NCBI GenBank assembly: GCA_042216675.1
Contig: JBDGTS010000014.1
Span: 27,592-52,854, forward strand
DNA length: 25,263 nt
Reading direction: 5' to 3'
Origin: Halobacteriaceae archaeon
GTDB lineage: Archaea > Halobacteriota > Halobacteria > Halobacteriales > Halobacteriaceae
Part shown: positions 1 through 9,343 of the stretch, piece by piece
How positions within the stretch are numbered: the stretch's first letter is position 1
How the letters are laid out: the number at the start of each line of letters is the position of its first letter
Translations under genes and position numbers: made by a program
The notes under the pieces: generated by a model
What the model was told of the DNA's origin: nothing
The model's input: only the letters and a program-made list of their open reading frames with translations
The model's database searches: none

Positions 1-167
1 AGCGAGGAAAAGGTGGATGCGTCACGGATGTGGGGGCGTTCGTGCCGTTGCTGGCGGAGGGCCTGCTCGGGTGACCGTCCGCGTTCACGGCATTCAGAAA
101 ACAAAAACACCCCGTCGGCGCCGTGGTAGACGACAGATTCAAACCACACTCTACCGTCCCTCCGTCG

Positions 168-950
168 ATGACTGACGCATGCGAAACCGCCGCGTCTCTC
201 GCGGCGTCCGAGAGCCGCGCGGCCCTCCTCACCCGCCTGCGGACCGACGGCCCGGCTACGCGGGCGGACTGCGAGGAATGGCTCGACGCATCTAAGCGCA
301 CCGTGAAGCGCTCGCTGGCGGCCCTCGAAGAGCGAGGATGGGTCAGCGAACGAGACGGGGAGTACCGGGTGACGGCGGCGGGCGGCCCCGTCGCCGACCG
401 GTACGACGCGTTCGTCTCCGCCGTCGGCGTCTCACAGCGCCTCCAGCCGTTCCTCTCGCACGTCCCGCCGGGCGAACTCGGTTTCGGGCTCGAACACCTC
501 CAGGACGCCGAGATGCTCGCCGGAAGCGAGGAGACGCCGCTCGCGCCCCTCGAACGCGCCCTCGAACTCCGAAAACGAGCCACGCGCATCCGAGAGGTCA
601 CCTCCATCATCGCCCGCGAGAGCGCCGGCCAACTCGCCGACAGAATCACCGAGGCGGACCTCGACGTGGAGAACGTCGTCACCGAGGCGGCCCTTCGAGA
701 GGCACGCTCGAACCCCGACTACGCGGACGCGCTGACGGCGACGCGCGGCGCCGAGGGGCACACGCTGTACGTCACCGACCGTGACGTGCCGTTCTTGCTC
801 GGCATCTTCGACGACACGGTCGTCCTCGCGGCGACTGGCGACGACGGCCTCCCCGTCGCCGTGGTGATAACAGAGGACGAGACGGTGCTGGACTGGGCGC
901 GGGCGTGGTTTCGCTCCTATCGCGACGACGCCCGCGAAGTCACGGACTGA
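168..950 (+). CDS. winged-helix transcriptional regulator (haloarchaeal ArsR-like HTH with DUF1724/FilR1-like C-terminal domain)
   Basis: N-terminal wHTH (SESRAALLTRL...ASKRTVKRSLAALEERGWV...EYRVT) and the typical C-terminal 'DWARAWFRSYR' pattern. ATG 168 is preferred over GTG 123 because an AT-rich element (ATTCAAA, 137-143) lies about 25-30 nt upstream. Confidence 0.8.
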   Translation: MTDACETAASLAASESRAALLTRLRTDGPATRADCEEWLDASKRTVKRSLAALEERGWVSERDGEYRVTAAGGPVADRYDAFVSAVGVSQRLQPFLSHVPPGELGFGLEHLQDAEMLAGSEETPLAPLERALELRKRATRIREVTSIIARESAGQLADRITEADLDVENVVTEAALREARSNPDYADALTATRGAEGHTLYVTDRDVPFLLGIFDDTVVLAATGDDGLPVAVVITEDETVLDWARAWFRSYRDDAREVTD

Positions 951-951
951 C

Positions 952-1947
952 TCACTCGATGCGGTCCCGCGCGGCGGCCACCAGCAACGGGAGCGTGATG
1001 GTGGCGTCGCCGACGACGCTCGCGTTGCGGGCGTCTTTCTCCAGTTTCCCCCACGAGCGCGCCTCGTCGAGCGTCGCGCCCGAGAGGCCGCCCGTCTGCT
1101 CGGGGTCCATCGTCAACTGCACGGCGTAGTCGTAGGCGCCCGGCGTGACGAGCATCGTCTGGAGGACGTAGTTCTTGGGCACGCCGCCGCCGACGACGAG
1201 TGCGCCCGCTCGCTCTGCCTCGTAGGCGATGTCGTTGAGGTGCGTCATGTCGCCGAGAGCGTCCAGCGTGAAGTCCGCCGTCTGGGAGTACATCCACGCC
1301 TGCAGGCCCAGCACGGAGTCCTGCACGGCCGGGCAGTAGACGGGCACGTCCGCGTCGTGGGCCGCGGCGGCGATGCCGGCGTCCTCCTCAACGTCCTCCG
1401 TCTCGTTGACGGCCGCGTTCGCCGCGCCGAGGGCCTCGGTGAACTCCCGAATGGTGACGGTGCCGCGCAGTTCCGGAAACACCTCCTCGCGGAGGTGGGA
1501 CTCGAAGAGCGCGAAGTGCTCCTGAGGCAGGTAGACGTTGTAGATGCGGTCGACTTCCTCGTCGCGCAGCTGCTCGTCGAACTCGCGGGCGTCGTGCCCT
1601 TCCTCGGGCGCCCGGCCGTGGTGGTGTTTGCCGCCGATGGCCTCGATGGCGTCGTGCGTGAGATTCGCCCCCGTCGTCACCAGCGCGTCGACGTGGCCGT
1701 CCCGAATGAGGTCCGCGACGATGCCGCGCATCCCGGCGGGCACCATCGCGCCCGCGAGGCCGAGGAAGACGGTGGTGTCCTCGCGCCCGAACATCTCCGC
1801 CGTCACGTCGACGGCGTGGTGCAAGTCCGCGGCCCCGATACCGGCGTTGCCGTACTCGTCGGCGAGGTCCCCCACGCTCATTCCGCTCCACACGTCCGCG
1901 TGGCCGACCGGTGCGTGTTCGAACTCCTCGCGGTCCTCGTCGCTCAT
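952..1947 (-). CDS. dhs: deoxyhypusine synthase
   Basis: Motifs GLAGAMVPAG, TTGANLTHD, DRIYNV, GGGVPKN, GGLSGATLDEARSWGK (catalytic Lys) and DATITLPL. Start set at MSDEDR (1947). Confidence 0.95.
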   Translation of the reverse strand: MSDEDREEFEHAPVGHADVWSGMSVGDLADEYGNAGIGAADLHHAVDVTAEMFGREDTTVFLGLAGAMVPAGMRGIVADLIRDGHVDALVTTGANLTHDAIEAIGGKHHHGRAPEEGHDAREFDEQLRDEEVDRIYNVYLPQEHFALFESHLREEVFPELRGTVTIREFTEALGAANAAVNETEDVEEDAGIAAAAHDADVPVYCPAVQDSVLGLQAWMYSQTADFTLDALGDMTHLNDIAYEAERAGALVVGGGVPKNYVLQTMLVTPGAYDYAVQLTMDPEQTGGLSGATLDEARSWGKLEKDARNASVVGDATITLPLLVAAARDRIE

Positions 1948-1990
1948 ACGCGTCCGTGACCCGGCGCGAGTAACACCGTTGCGGTTCCGC

Positions 1991-2758
1991 TCAGAGACCG
2001 GTCGGGCAGTCGATGAAGGCGGTGTCCAACCCCCAGTCCTCGGCCATCGCCTGCAGGGACCGGACGCCGAAGGTTTCCGTCGCATAGTGACCGCCGAGGA
2101 CGGCGTTGACGCCAGCCTCGCGGGCCTCGTGGTACAGTTTGCCCTTCCCCTCGCCCGTCACGAGGAGGTCCACACCGGCGTCCGCGGCCGCGCCGAGGTA
2201 GTCCGCGCCGCTCCCGGTGACGATGGCCACGTCCTCGACGTGGTCGGGACCCTCGTCGACGACGCGGACCGAACCGCCACCGGTGTCGAGTTCCGCCGCC
2301 AGCAACGTCGCCAGCGTGTCGAGCGACGTGGCTTCGGGCAGGACGCCCTGCTGGCCGATGGGTTCGCCGCCGACGGCGCCGAACGGTTCGCGGTCGGTGA
2401 GGTCCAGAACGTCCGCGACGCCGGCGGCGTTGCCGAGTTCCTGATGGCCGTCGAGGGGGAGGTGTGCGACGTAGAGTGCCACGTCGTTCTCGACGAACGG
2501 CGCGATGCGGCGGTACTTCTGGCCGGTCACCCGTTCGATGCCGCCCCACGAGAGGCCGTGGTGCACGACCATCGCGTCCGCGCCCGCTTCGGCGGCGCGT
2601 TCGACTGTTTCGACCGCGGCGTCGACGGCGAACGCCACCGTCTCGACGCTCTGCTCGTCGGGGCCGATTTGGAGGCCGTTCGCGCTCGCGTCCACGTCGG
2701 CGTAGTCGGGGACGCGGAGCGTCTCGTCGTAGCGCTCAGCCAACTCGGAGAGGTCCAT
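1991..2758 (-). CDS. Nif3-like dinuclear metal center hexameric protein (DUF34)
   Basis: Motifs NGLQ, VHHG, HLPLDGH..GN, TGE and GHYATE. Confidence 0.93.
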   Translation of the reverse strand: MDLSELAERYDETLRVPDYADVDASANGLQIGPDEQSVETVAFAVDAAVETVERAAEAGADAMVVHHGLSWGGIERVTGQKYRRIAPFVENDVALYVAHLPLDGHQELGNAAGVADVLDLTDREPFGAVGGEPIGQQGVLPEATSLDTLATLLAAELDTGGGSVRVVDEGPDHVEDVAIVTGSGADYLGAAADAGVDLLVTGEGKGKLYHEAREAGVNAVLGGHYATETFGVRSLQAMAEDWGLDTAFIDCPTGL

Positions 2759-2797
2759 GAACGGAGCGACGCGCGCCCGGCCCGTAGCCGTTTTGCT

Positions 2798-3391
2798 CTA
2801 CGCCGCCTCGACGACCCGGCCGTCCTCGACGGTGATGAGTCCACGCTCCGCCGCGGCGTCGAGGATGGCCACCGCCGTCTCCGGGGGGATGTCGTAGGCG
2901 TTCGCGGCGACGGTCTCGATTTCGCCCCGTTCGACCGGCAGTTCGCGGTTCTCCAGCAGTCTCAGCACGCGCCGGAAGTCCGCCTTCGAGACGGACACGT
3001 CGGCGAACTCGGCGGCCTCGTCGTCGCTCGGCGCGGCGGCCTCCCCGTCCACCTCCTCGTCTTCCGTCGGCACCGATTCGTCGTCGATGGTGACGCCACC
3101 GAGTCCCGCGTCCGGGTCGTCCGCGGCCGCCACTTCGGGTTCAGACTCGGGTTCGAGTTCGGATTCGGGTTCGGGTTCAGGTTCAGGTTCAGGTTCGGGT
3201 TCGGGCGACGGCCCTTCGTCCACTGCGTCGGCCACCGTCTCGCGCACGGCGTCGTACTTCTCCCGGCAGTCCGCACACAGGTCGACGGTCGGCCCGCCGT
3301 CCCCGCCGCGGAGCGACGCGGGGAGGAGCGGCGTCGGGTCCGGCGACTCGACGACGGTGCCACAGAAGTAACAGACGGCCATTCGGCTCAT
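2798..3391 (-). CDS. conserved haloarchaeal hypothetical protein: N-terminal Zn finger, acidic linker, C-terminal winged-helix-like domain
   Basis: CYFC...CADC cysteine pairs, (EP)n linker and C-terminal RLLENRELPVER...AAERGLI. Start MSRMAVCYFC is about 27-31 nt below a minus-strand TTTTT (3418-3422); 3382 is an alternative start. Confidence 0.8.
   Translation of the reverse strand: MSRMAVCYFCGTVVESPDPTPLLPASLRGGDGGPTVDLCADCREKYDAVRETVADAVDEGPSPEPEPEPEPEPEPESELEPESEPEVAAADDPDAGLGGVTIDDESVPTEDEEVDGEAAAPSDDEAAEFADVSVSKADFRRVLRLLENRELPVERGEIETVAANAYDIPPETAVAILDAAAERGLITVEDGRVVEAA
3134..3205. repeat. degenerate hexamer tandem repeat (TTCRGG)n encoding a Glu-Pro linker
   Basis: About 12 imperfect copies of TTCGGG/TTCAGG, giving PEPEPEPEPEPEPESELEPESEPE. 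Confidence 0.85.
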
Positions 3392-3426
3392 GTCTCGGCC
3401 GACGGCCACCATCGGCAAAAAGGCAC

Positions 3427-4224
3427 CTACGCGGTGGCGTGCGCGAACACGAACTCTCGGAGGAGCTTCGCCGCCAGCACCGCCGCCTCGCCGTGGTCCC
3501 GGTCGTTGACCTCCACCACGTCGAAGCCGACGGCGTGCGGTGCGACGGCGCGCACCACGCTCCGAATCGCCGCCGCGTCGAGACCGAACGGTTCGGGGGT
3601 ACCGGTCCCCGGCGCGACGGCGGGGTCGGCGGCGTCAACGTCCACCGAGAGGTAGGCGTCCCCGCCGACGGCCGGCGTCCAGTCGGACACCTCCGCGGGC
3701 GGGACGACGGTCACGTCTGCCGCTTCCGCCCGCTCCCACTCCGCCTCGGACCCGGAGCGAGCGCCGAGGACGACTGCCTCGTCGGCCACGTCGAGGGCGT
3801 GGCGGGTGACCGTCGCGTGGCTGTAGGGGTTGCCGTCGTATGACTCCCGCAGGTCGAGGTGGGCGTCCACCACCACCGCCACGTCGGGGTCGAGCGCTCG
3901 GAGGGCTGCGACGGTGACGGTGTGTTCCCCGCCGACGAGCAGGGGTACCGCGCCGTCGCGGGCCACGTCGGTGAGGACGCCGCCGAGGTAGTCGAGATAC
4001 TCCGGGGCGTCGTCCCACGCGCGGACGTCGCCGTGGTCGTGGACTGCGAGGTCGGAGAAGCGGACGTCGTACTCCCGGCGGTAGTCCTCGAAGCCGCGCG
4101 CGAAGCGCCTGACACGGTCGGGACCGAAGCGGGCGCCCGGTCGGAACGAGGTGGAGACGTCGAGGGGCGCGCCGACGGTCACGTAGTCCGCGTCGTCGCG
4201 GTCGGTCGAGGCGCCGGGGAACAT
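3427..4224 (-). CDS. speB: agmatinase / ureohydrolase
   Basis: Arginase-family motifs RPGARFGP, GGEH, DAHLD, SVDVDAADP..APGTGTPEPFG and DVVEVN; starts 4 nt after the eif5a stop. Confidence 0.92.
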   Translation of the reverse strand: MFPGASTDRDDADYVTVGAPLDVSTSFRPGARFGPDRVRRFARGFEDYRREYDVRFSDLAVHDHGDVRAWDDAPEYLDYLGGVLTDVARDGAVPLLVGGEHTVTVAALRALDPDVAVVVDAHLDLRESYDGNPYSHATVTRHALDVADEAVVLGARSGSEAEWERAEAADVTVVPPAEVSDWTPAVGGDAYLSVDVDAADPAVAPGTGTPEPFGLDAAAIRSVVRAVAPHAVGFDVVEVNDRDHGEAAVLAAKLLREFVFAHATA

Positions 4225-4228
4225 CGCC

Positions 4229-4606
4229 TCAGACGATCTTGCGCTGGTCCTCGTACTCGAGGTACTCGATGTTCTCGTCGGGTTCGAGGTCGATGTCCTC
4301 GGGCACTTTCAGCGTAATCGTCTCGTACGTCTCGAGGTCCATAATCTGTGCCACGTCCTCGCTCTCGATGCTGACGACCTGCCCCTGCTTCCGTTCGATG
4401 ATGGGGACCCAGACCTTCGCGTCGACGGGCTGGGAGAGACTGCGCTTCTTTTCGTCGAAGACGCCGCGACCCTCGATGCGGGCCTTGGCGCTCCCGTGCT
4501 TGCCGGGTTTCGCTGTGCTGTACGACGTGATCTTGCAGGGGGCTTCCTCCATCTCGATGTAGTTGCCTTCCTGCAGTTCGCGGACCTGCTTCTGCTCGCG
4601 GGCCAT
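4229..4606 (-). CDS. eif5a: archaeal translation factor aIF5A
   Basis: Hypusination motif [11 protein letters not shown]; [10 protein letters not shown]. Confidence 0.97.
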   Translation of the reverse strand: MAREQKQVRELQEGNYIEMEEAPCKITSYSTAKPGKHGSAKARIEGRGVFDEKKRSLSQPVDAKVWVPIIERKQGQVVSIESEDVAQIMDLETYETITLKVPEDIDLEPDENIEYLEYEDQRKIV

Positions 4607-4629
4607 ACCGTTCTTTCCGGATGGCCGGG

Positions 4630-4635
4630 TATAAA
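4630..4635 (-). promoter_or_regulatory. TATA box of a probably leaderless eif5a-speB transcript
   Basis: TTTATA on the minus strand, 24-29 nt upstream of ATG 4606. Confidence 0.65.
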
Positions 4636-4651
4636 CGGTTTGGAACGCGGT

Positions 4652-6310
4652 TCACTCTCCGCGGCGCTCCCGGAGGCTCTGTCGGGTGAACTGGGGCCGC
4701 GCGCGGATGCCCTTCCGGCGTCGGAACGACCGGACGAGCAGGACGAGGAGACCCACCGTCGGCACGGCCACGGCCGCGGCCGCGCCCTCGTCGGCGAAGG
4801 AGTACAGCAGGGAGGCCGAGATGGTGCCGCCGGTGGTGAGCATCCCCAACACGAGGCGGCGCCCGAGTCGCTCGAACAGGCGGTCGGAGTCCTCCAAGTC
4901 GGCGCGGACGTACAGGTCGTCGCGCTCGATTCGGTCGAGGGTGCGCTCCATCTTCTGTGGGATGCGCACGCTGGACTGGGCGGCGTTCTGTACGTCCTCG
5001 GCGGACGCGCGGATGAACTCCCGCACGCTCTCCTCGCGGTAGCCCTGTTCGGTGAGATACTCCGTCGCCACGCGCACGAAGTCGAAGTCCGGGTCGAGAG
5101 TGACACAGACGCCCTCAACCACCGTCGCGACGCGGAGGACGAGCGCCAGATTCGAGGGGAGGCGGAGGGGGAACTCGTAGATGGTGTCCTCGACGCGCCC
5201 GATTATCTGCTGGACGCGGTACTGCTCGATGTTCTCGCCGCGCGCGTCGGCGATGGCGAGTTCCATCACCTCCGCCATCACCCCCCGGTCGGCCTCCGGT
5301 GAGAGCGTCCCCATCTCGACGAGGGCGTCGAGGATGCCGTCGATGTCCTGATTCGCGACGGCGACGTAGAACTCCACGATTTTCTCCTGCACGAACTCGT
5401 CGACCCGGCCGCTCATCCCGAAGTCGTAGAAGACGATGGTGCCGTCGCCCTGCACCGCGAGGTTGCCCGGGTGGGGGTCGGCGTGGTAGACGCCGTCGCC
5501 GATTATCATCCGGAAGTAGGCGCGGGTGAGACGCTCCGCCACGGCGCTCCTGTCCACGCCCATCTCGTCGAGGGCCTCCACGTCGGAGATTTTCGTCCCC
5601 TCGACGTACTGCATCGTCAGCACGCGCGGTCCGGAGTGAGAGTCGACGACGCCGGGGATGGCGATGCGCGGTTCGTCCCCGAAGTTCGCCTTGATTTCGG
5701 TCAGCATCTCCGCCTCGCGCCCGTAGTCCATCTCCTCGCGAATCGTCTTCGCGAACTCGTCGGTGAGGTTCCGCAGAGAGAACGACCGGGCGTCGTCCAC
5801 GAACCAGAGGACGATGGGGAGCGCCCACCGCAGGACGCGGAGGTCCGTCTCCACGAGGTCCTCGACGCCGGGGCGACGCACCTTGACGGCCACTTGTTCG
5901 CCGTCGACTTCGGCCCGGTACACCTGTCCGAGACTCGCGCCGCTTATCGGGTCGGTGTCGAACTCGTCGAAGTGCTCCTCGACGGGACCGAGTTCGTCCT
6001 CGACGACCTCGCGTGCGTCCGCCCACTCCGCCGGCGGCACGCGGTCCTGTAGCTCCGACAGTACCTCGACGTAGACGGGCGGCAGGATGTCCGGCCGCGT
6101 CGACAGCAGTTGGCCGAGTTTGATGAACGTCGGGCCGAGCGCCAACAGCGACTCCAGCAGTCGCTGGGCGCGGTCACGCTGTCGCTCCGGGGGGACGCTC
6201 CGAGACCCCCCGAACAGCAGGAACCGACGGCGGTCGCGGGCGTAGGCCACGAGTAGTGGCAGGAACTGCCACGCTACGCTGACGAACCGCCAGTACGCGC
6301 GCAGCGCCAC
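4652..6310 (-). CDS. AarF/ABC1/UbiB family atypical kinase
   Basis: GPTFIKLGQ, ASLGQVY, VAVKV, YHADPHPGN, DFGM motifs and two C-terminal TM segments; GTG start 1 nt after the hsp20 stop. Confidence 0.93.
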   Translation of the reverse strand: MALRAYWRFVSVAWQFLPLLVAYARDRRRFLLFGGSRSVPPERQRDRAQRLLESLLALGPTFIKLGQLLSTRPDILPPVYVEVLSELQDRVPPAEWADAREVVEDELGPVEEHFDEFDTDPISGASLGQVYRAEVDGEQVAVKVRRPGVEDLVETDLRVLRWALPIVLWFVDDARSFSLRNLTDEFAKTIREEMDYGREAEMLTEIKANFGDEPRIAIPGVVDSHSGPRVLTMQYVEGTKISDVEALDEMGVDRSAVAERLTRAYFRMIIGDGVYHADPHPGNLAVQGDGTIVFYDFGMSGRVDEFVQEKIVEFYVAVANQDIDGILDALVEMGTLSPEADRGVMAEVMELAIADARGENIEQYRVQQIIGRVEDTIYEFPLRLPSNLALVLRVATVVEGVCVTLDPDFDFVRVATEYLTEQGYREESVREFIRASAEDVQNAAQSSVRIPQKMERTLDRIERDDLYVRADLEDSDRLFERLGRRLVLGMLTTGGTISASLLYSFADEGAAAAVAVPTVGLLVLLVRSFRRRKGIRARPQFTRQSLRERRGE

Positions 6311-6311
6311 C

Positions 6312-6659
6312 TCACTCCACCGGAATCGACCGACTCCGGCCGCTCGTCTTCGGGATTTCGACTTCGAGGACGCCGTTCTCCATCGTCGCCTCGGCGTCGC
6401 CCTCCCCCGCGTCGAGGGGGAGGGGCAAGTCGGCGTCGAGGAACAGCGGGCGGTCCTCAGAGCGGTAGGTGAACCCCGCTGGCACGTCCTTCTCCCGGCG
6501 CGCCTCGACGTGGAGACGGCCGTCGGTCACGTGGACGTCGACCGTGTCTCCGGTCGCTCCGGGGAGGTCGATGACGAAGAGATACGCGTCGTCGCTCTCC
6601 AACACGTCGGCGAACACGGCGTCCGGGAGGCGCCGGAGTGCGTCGCGGAGCGCGGACAT
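6312..6659 (-). CDS. Hsp20/alpha-crystallin small heat shock protein
   Basis: DLPG and ATMENGVLEVEIPK motifs; C-terminal IPV (IxI-type) motif. Confidence 0.9.
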   Translation of the reverse strand: MSALRDALRRLPDAVFADVLESDDAYLFVIDLPGATGDTVDVHVTDGRLHVEARREKDVPAGFTYRSEDRPLFLDADLPLPLDAGEGDAEATMENGVLEVEIPKTSGRSRSIPVE

Positions 6660-6702
6660 ATCACGGTGTTCGGTGGCGAACGCGAAAAAAGCCGTGGTTG
6701 GC

Positions 6703-7338
6703 CTACAGGTCGGTGAGTCGCGTCACTCGCCGGTCACCGAGGATGCACCGGCCCCGACGCTCGTGGCCGTGTCGCTCGACGTGGACCGCGTCGATGCCGG
6801 CGTTGCGCGCCGCGCCCACGTCGCTGCGGCCGTCGCCGACGAGTGCGCCGCCGTCACCGGGTCGGGCGCCGATTTCGGCGATGGCCGTCTCGACTGGGGT
6901 CGGGTCGGGCTTGAACCCCGTCTCCGCCGAACAGCAGACCACGGCGTCGAACCAGTCGGCCACGTCGAGATGCGAGAGCACTCGCTCCGTGACGGGGCCG
7001 GGGCAGTGGGTCACCACCCCGACCGGTCGCTCGAAGTTGCCGACCGGTTCGGCGTCGTCGTACAGATACGTCGCCTCGGCGCGCGCCACGGGGTCGTCGA
7101 GTTCGTCGAACACCGCCCAGAAGCGCTCGGGGTCGGCGCCCGCCGCCCTGAGCACGTCGTCTCTGTCACCGCCGAGACCGTGCCAGATGCGCTCGACCTG
7201 TCGGTCGTCGAACCCTCTGCCGATGCGGGCGCCGACCCGGTCGAACAGGTCGCGCTTGTAACTCCACTCGGTGTCCACGAGCGTTCCGTCGAGGTCGAAG
7301 AGCCAGTAGTCGTAGCCCGCGGAGACGTCTGCTGCCAC
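6703..7338 (-). CDS. HAD-superfamily hydrolase
   Basis: FDLDGTL, KPDP and VGDGRSD motifs; GTG start. Confidence 0.9.
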   Translation of the reverse strand: MAADVSAGYDYWLFDLDGTLVDTEWSYKRDLFDRVGARIGRGFDDRQVERIWHGLGGDRDDVLRAAGADPERFWAVFDELDDPVARAEATYLYDDAEPVGNFERPVGVVTHCPGPVTERVLSHLDVADWFDAVVCCSAETGFKPDPTPVETAIAEIGARPGDGGALVGDGRSDVGAARNAGIDAVHVERHGHERRGRCILGDRRVTRLTDL

Positions 7339-7370
7339 GGGTGCGAGTAGGCGCTCCGCGAGTAAATACG

Positions 7371-7745
7371 CTACGCCGCGTCCTGAATCTCCACGGAACT
7401 GCCCAAGTACTTCGAGATGACCTCGGGCACGTCGTCGGCCTCGAACAGGGCCAGATTGTCCGCGATGGCGTCCTGCAGAGCCTCGTAGGACTCCCGGTCT
7501 GTCTCGAAGGCACGGTACTCCACGGACACCACGTCGACCCCGAGCGTCTCCGTCGCCAGGTCCCGAACGTGGCCGGGGTCGCCGACCTCGCCGCGCCAGA
7601 GGTTGTCCCGGAAGAACAGCCAGCCCGGTTCCTCGGGCGGGTCGGCCGGGCGGTAGAGACGCGTCTCGAACGTGTCCGGAGAGACGGTCACGTCGCGCGT
7701 CGGGTCGAGGCGAAACTCGACGGCGAACACGTAGCGGGCGGTCAC
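7371..7745 (-). CDS. haloarchaeal 'LWR-salt' conserved protein
   Basis: GWLFFRDNLWRGE signature; GTG start overlaps the upstream stop as GTGA (7742-7745). Confidence 0.8.
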   Translation of the reverse strand: MTARYVFAVEFRLDPTRDVTVSPDTFETRLYRPADPPEEPGWLFFRDNLWRGEVGDPGHVRDLATETLGVDVVSVEYRAFETDRESYEALQDAIADNLALFEADDVPEVISKYLGSSVEIQDAA

Positions 7746-8017
7746 CGTATCTCGTCGCACCGCTCGGCCATGTCGATGTCCTTCTCGGTGATGCCGCCCT
7801 CCTCGTGGGACGTGAACCGGACCTCGACCGTCTCGTAGCCGATGGTGAGTTCCGGATGGTGGAACTCCTCTTCGGCTATTTCGGCCACTTCAGTCGCGAA
7901 CGCGACCCCTTCGAGGTAGTCGTCGAACTCGTACGTGCGCACGATTTCGTCGCCCTCACGCGCCCACTCGCTCGGGAGCCGCCGTTCGATCGCCTCGTCG
8001 GAGAGGAGGTCAGCCAT
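7742..8017 (-). CDS. pterin-4-alpha-carbinolamine dehydratase
   Basis: AEEEFHHP and SHEEGGITEKD motifs; 91 aa. Confidence 0.9.
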   Translation of the reverse strand: MADLLSDEAIERRLPSEWAREGDEIVRTYEFDDYLEGVAFATEVAEIAEEEFHHPELTIGYETVEVRFTSHEEGGITEKDIDMAERCDEIR

Positions 8018-8056
8018 ACGTGGGGTGTGGGGTCCCCTGACAATAAAGGGTGGGCG

Positions 8057-9343
8057 TCAGTCGTCGTCGGCGGCGACGGCGTCGGGCACGGCGTCGGGGA
8101 GGTCCGCCTCGTCGCCGAAGTCCGGGTCGAACAGCTGAATGGCCGTGTTGATGGTCTCCCAGTCGTCCTCGGCCGCGGCGTCCCGCAGGCTCTTGGTCGG
8201 CGCCGCGAGCAGTTGCGAGACCAGCGAGTCGGCCAGTGCCTCCACGACTTCGCGCTGGTCGGGGGTCAGGTCGCCGTCCGCGTCGAGTCGGTTGAGCGCG
8301 GTCGCGACTTCCCGCTCTTTCACGCGTTCGGCGCTCTCGTACATGCCGCCGATGACCTCGTCGGCGCGCTTGCGCTTGAACTGGGTGCGGAGGCGGTCGA
8401 GTTCCCGGTCGATCATCTCCCGCACCTCGCCAGCGGCGGCCTCACGGGCCTCGCGGGTCGCCGTCGTCACCGACTCGATGTCGTCGACGTCGAAGACGGC
8501 CACGTCGTCGAGTCCCGTGGCGGTCGGCGCCACGTCACGCGGTTGGCCGAGGTCAACGACGAGCGTTTCGCCGGCGTCGGCCAGCGAGTCACGGTCGAAC
8601 AGGGGGTCCTCGCTCCCCGTCGCCGTCACGACGACGTCGGCCGACGACAGCGCGTCGTCGGCGTCGGCGAGGGGAATCGCGTCCGCGTCGCCGTCGAGGT
8701 CCGCGGCCACCCGCTCGGCCCGTTCGAGGGTGCGGTTGGCGACGGTCAGCGGCGCCGCGTCGGCGTTCGCGAGTGCTTCGGCGGCTAGTCGCCCCATCTC
8801 GCCCGCACCGACGACGAGGGCCGGCCGGCCGCCGACCGGTCGCTCGCGTTTGGCGAGGCGGACCGCCGCGCTCCCCATCGAGACGACGCCCTCGTTGATT
8901 GCCGTCTCGGTCCGGGCGCGTTCGCCCACGTGGATTGCCTTCTCGACGGCGTCGGCGAGGACGGAGCCGACGCCGCCCGCCGCGCGGGCGTCCTCTCGGG
9001 CGGTGCGGACCTGCCCGAGAATCTGGTCCTCGCCCAGCACCACGGATTCGAGGCCCGCCGCCACAGACAGCAGGTGGCGCAGGCTCTCGTCGTGGTCCAT
9101 CGTGACGCCGGCGCCGCCGTAGTGGGTCGCCAGCGCCCGGTCGGCCGGTTCGGCCGCGGGGGCGACGACGTACGCCTCGACCCGGTGGCACGTCTGGAGG
9201 GCGTACGCCTCCTCGACGTCGGGTTCGGCGAGCAGTCGGCGGACCGCTGTCTGTTGGTCCGGTGCGCGGGCGGCCTCGATGGCCGACAGCGACGCCACGT
9301 CGTGGGAGACGCGCACGCCTCGGATGACGCCAGCGGCGTTCAT
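8057..9343 (-). CDS. hemA: glutamyl-tRNA reductase
   Basis: TCHRVE (catalytic Cys), GLESVVLGEDQILGQV, GAGEMG, NRT and DLGQPRD. Confidence 0.96.
   Translation of the reverse strand: MNAAGVIRGVRVSHDVASLSAIEAARAPDQQTAVRRLLAEPDVEEAYALQTCHRVEAYVVAPAAEPADRALATHYGGAGVTMDHDESLRHLLSVAAGLESVVLGEDQILGQVRTAREDARAAGGVGSVLADAVEKAIHVGERARTETAINEGVVSMGSAAVRLAKRERPVGGRPALVVGAGEMGRLAAEALANADAAPLTVANRTLERAERVAADLDGDADAIPLADADDALSSADVVVTATGSEDPLFDRDSLADAGETLVVDLGQPRDVAPTATGLDDVAVFDVDDIESVTTATREAREAAAGEVREMIDRELDRLRTQFKRKRADEVIGGMYESAERVKEREVATALNRLDADGDLTPDQREVVEALADSLVSQLLAAPTKSLRDAAAEDDWETINTAIQLFDPDFGDEADLPDAVPDAVAADDD

Noticed and set aside
1-122. Possible small RNA or gene at the left edge, with an A-rich tract at 96-109
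   Set aside because: No convincing ORF or tRNA-like fold; probably promoter/UTR or terminator sequence of a gene outside the window.
3134-3205. Repeats here and at 14083-14127 as CRISPR or mobile-element signatures
   Set aside because: Short tandem in-frame coding repeats with no spacers, cas genes or transposase.
1544-3655. 703-aa plus-strand ORF and other long antisense/alternate-frame ORFs (e.g. 12076-13455, 13741-15042, 15061-16686, 21247-22800, 23165-24505)
   Set aside because: They overlap genes with clear family motifs and are Arg/Ser/Pro-rich shadow ORFs expected in high-GC DNA.
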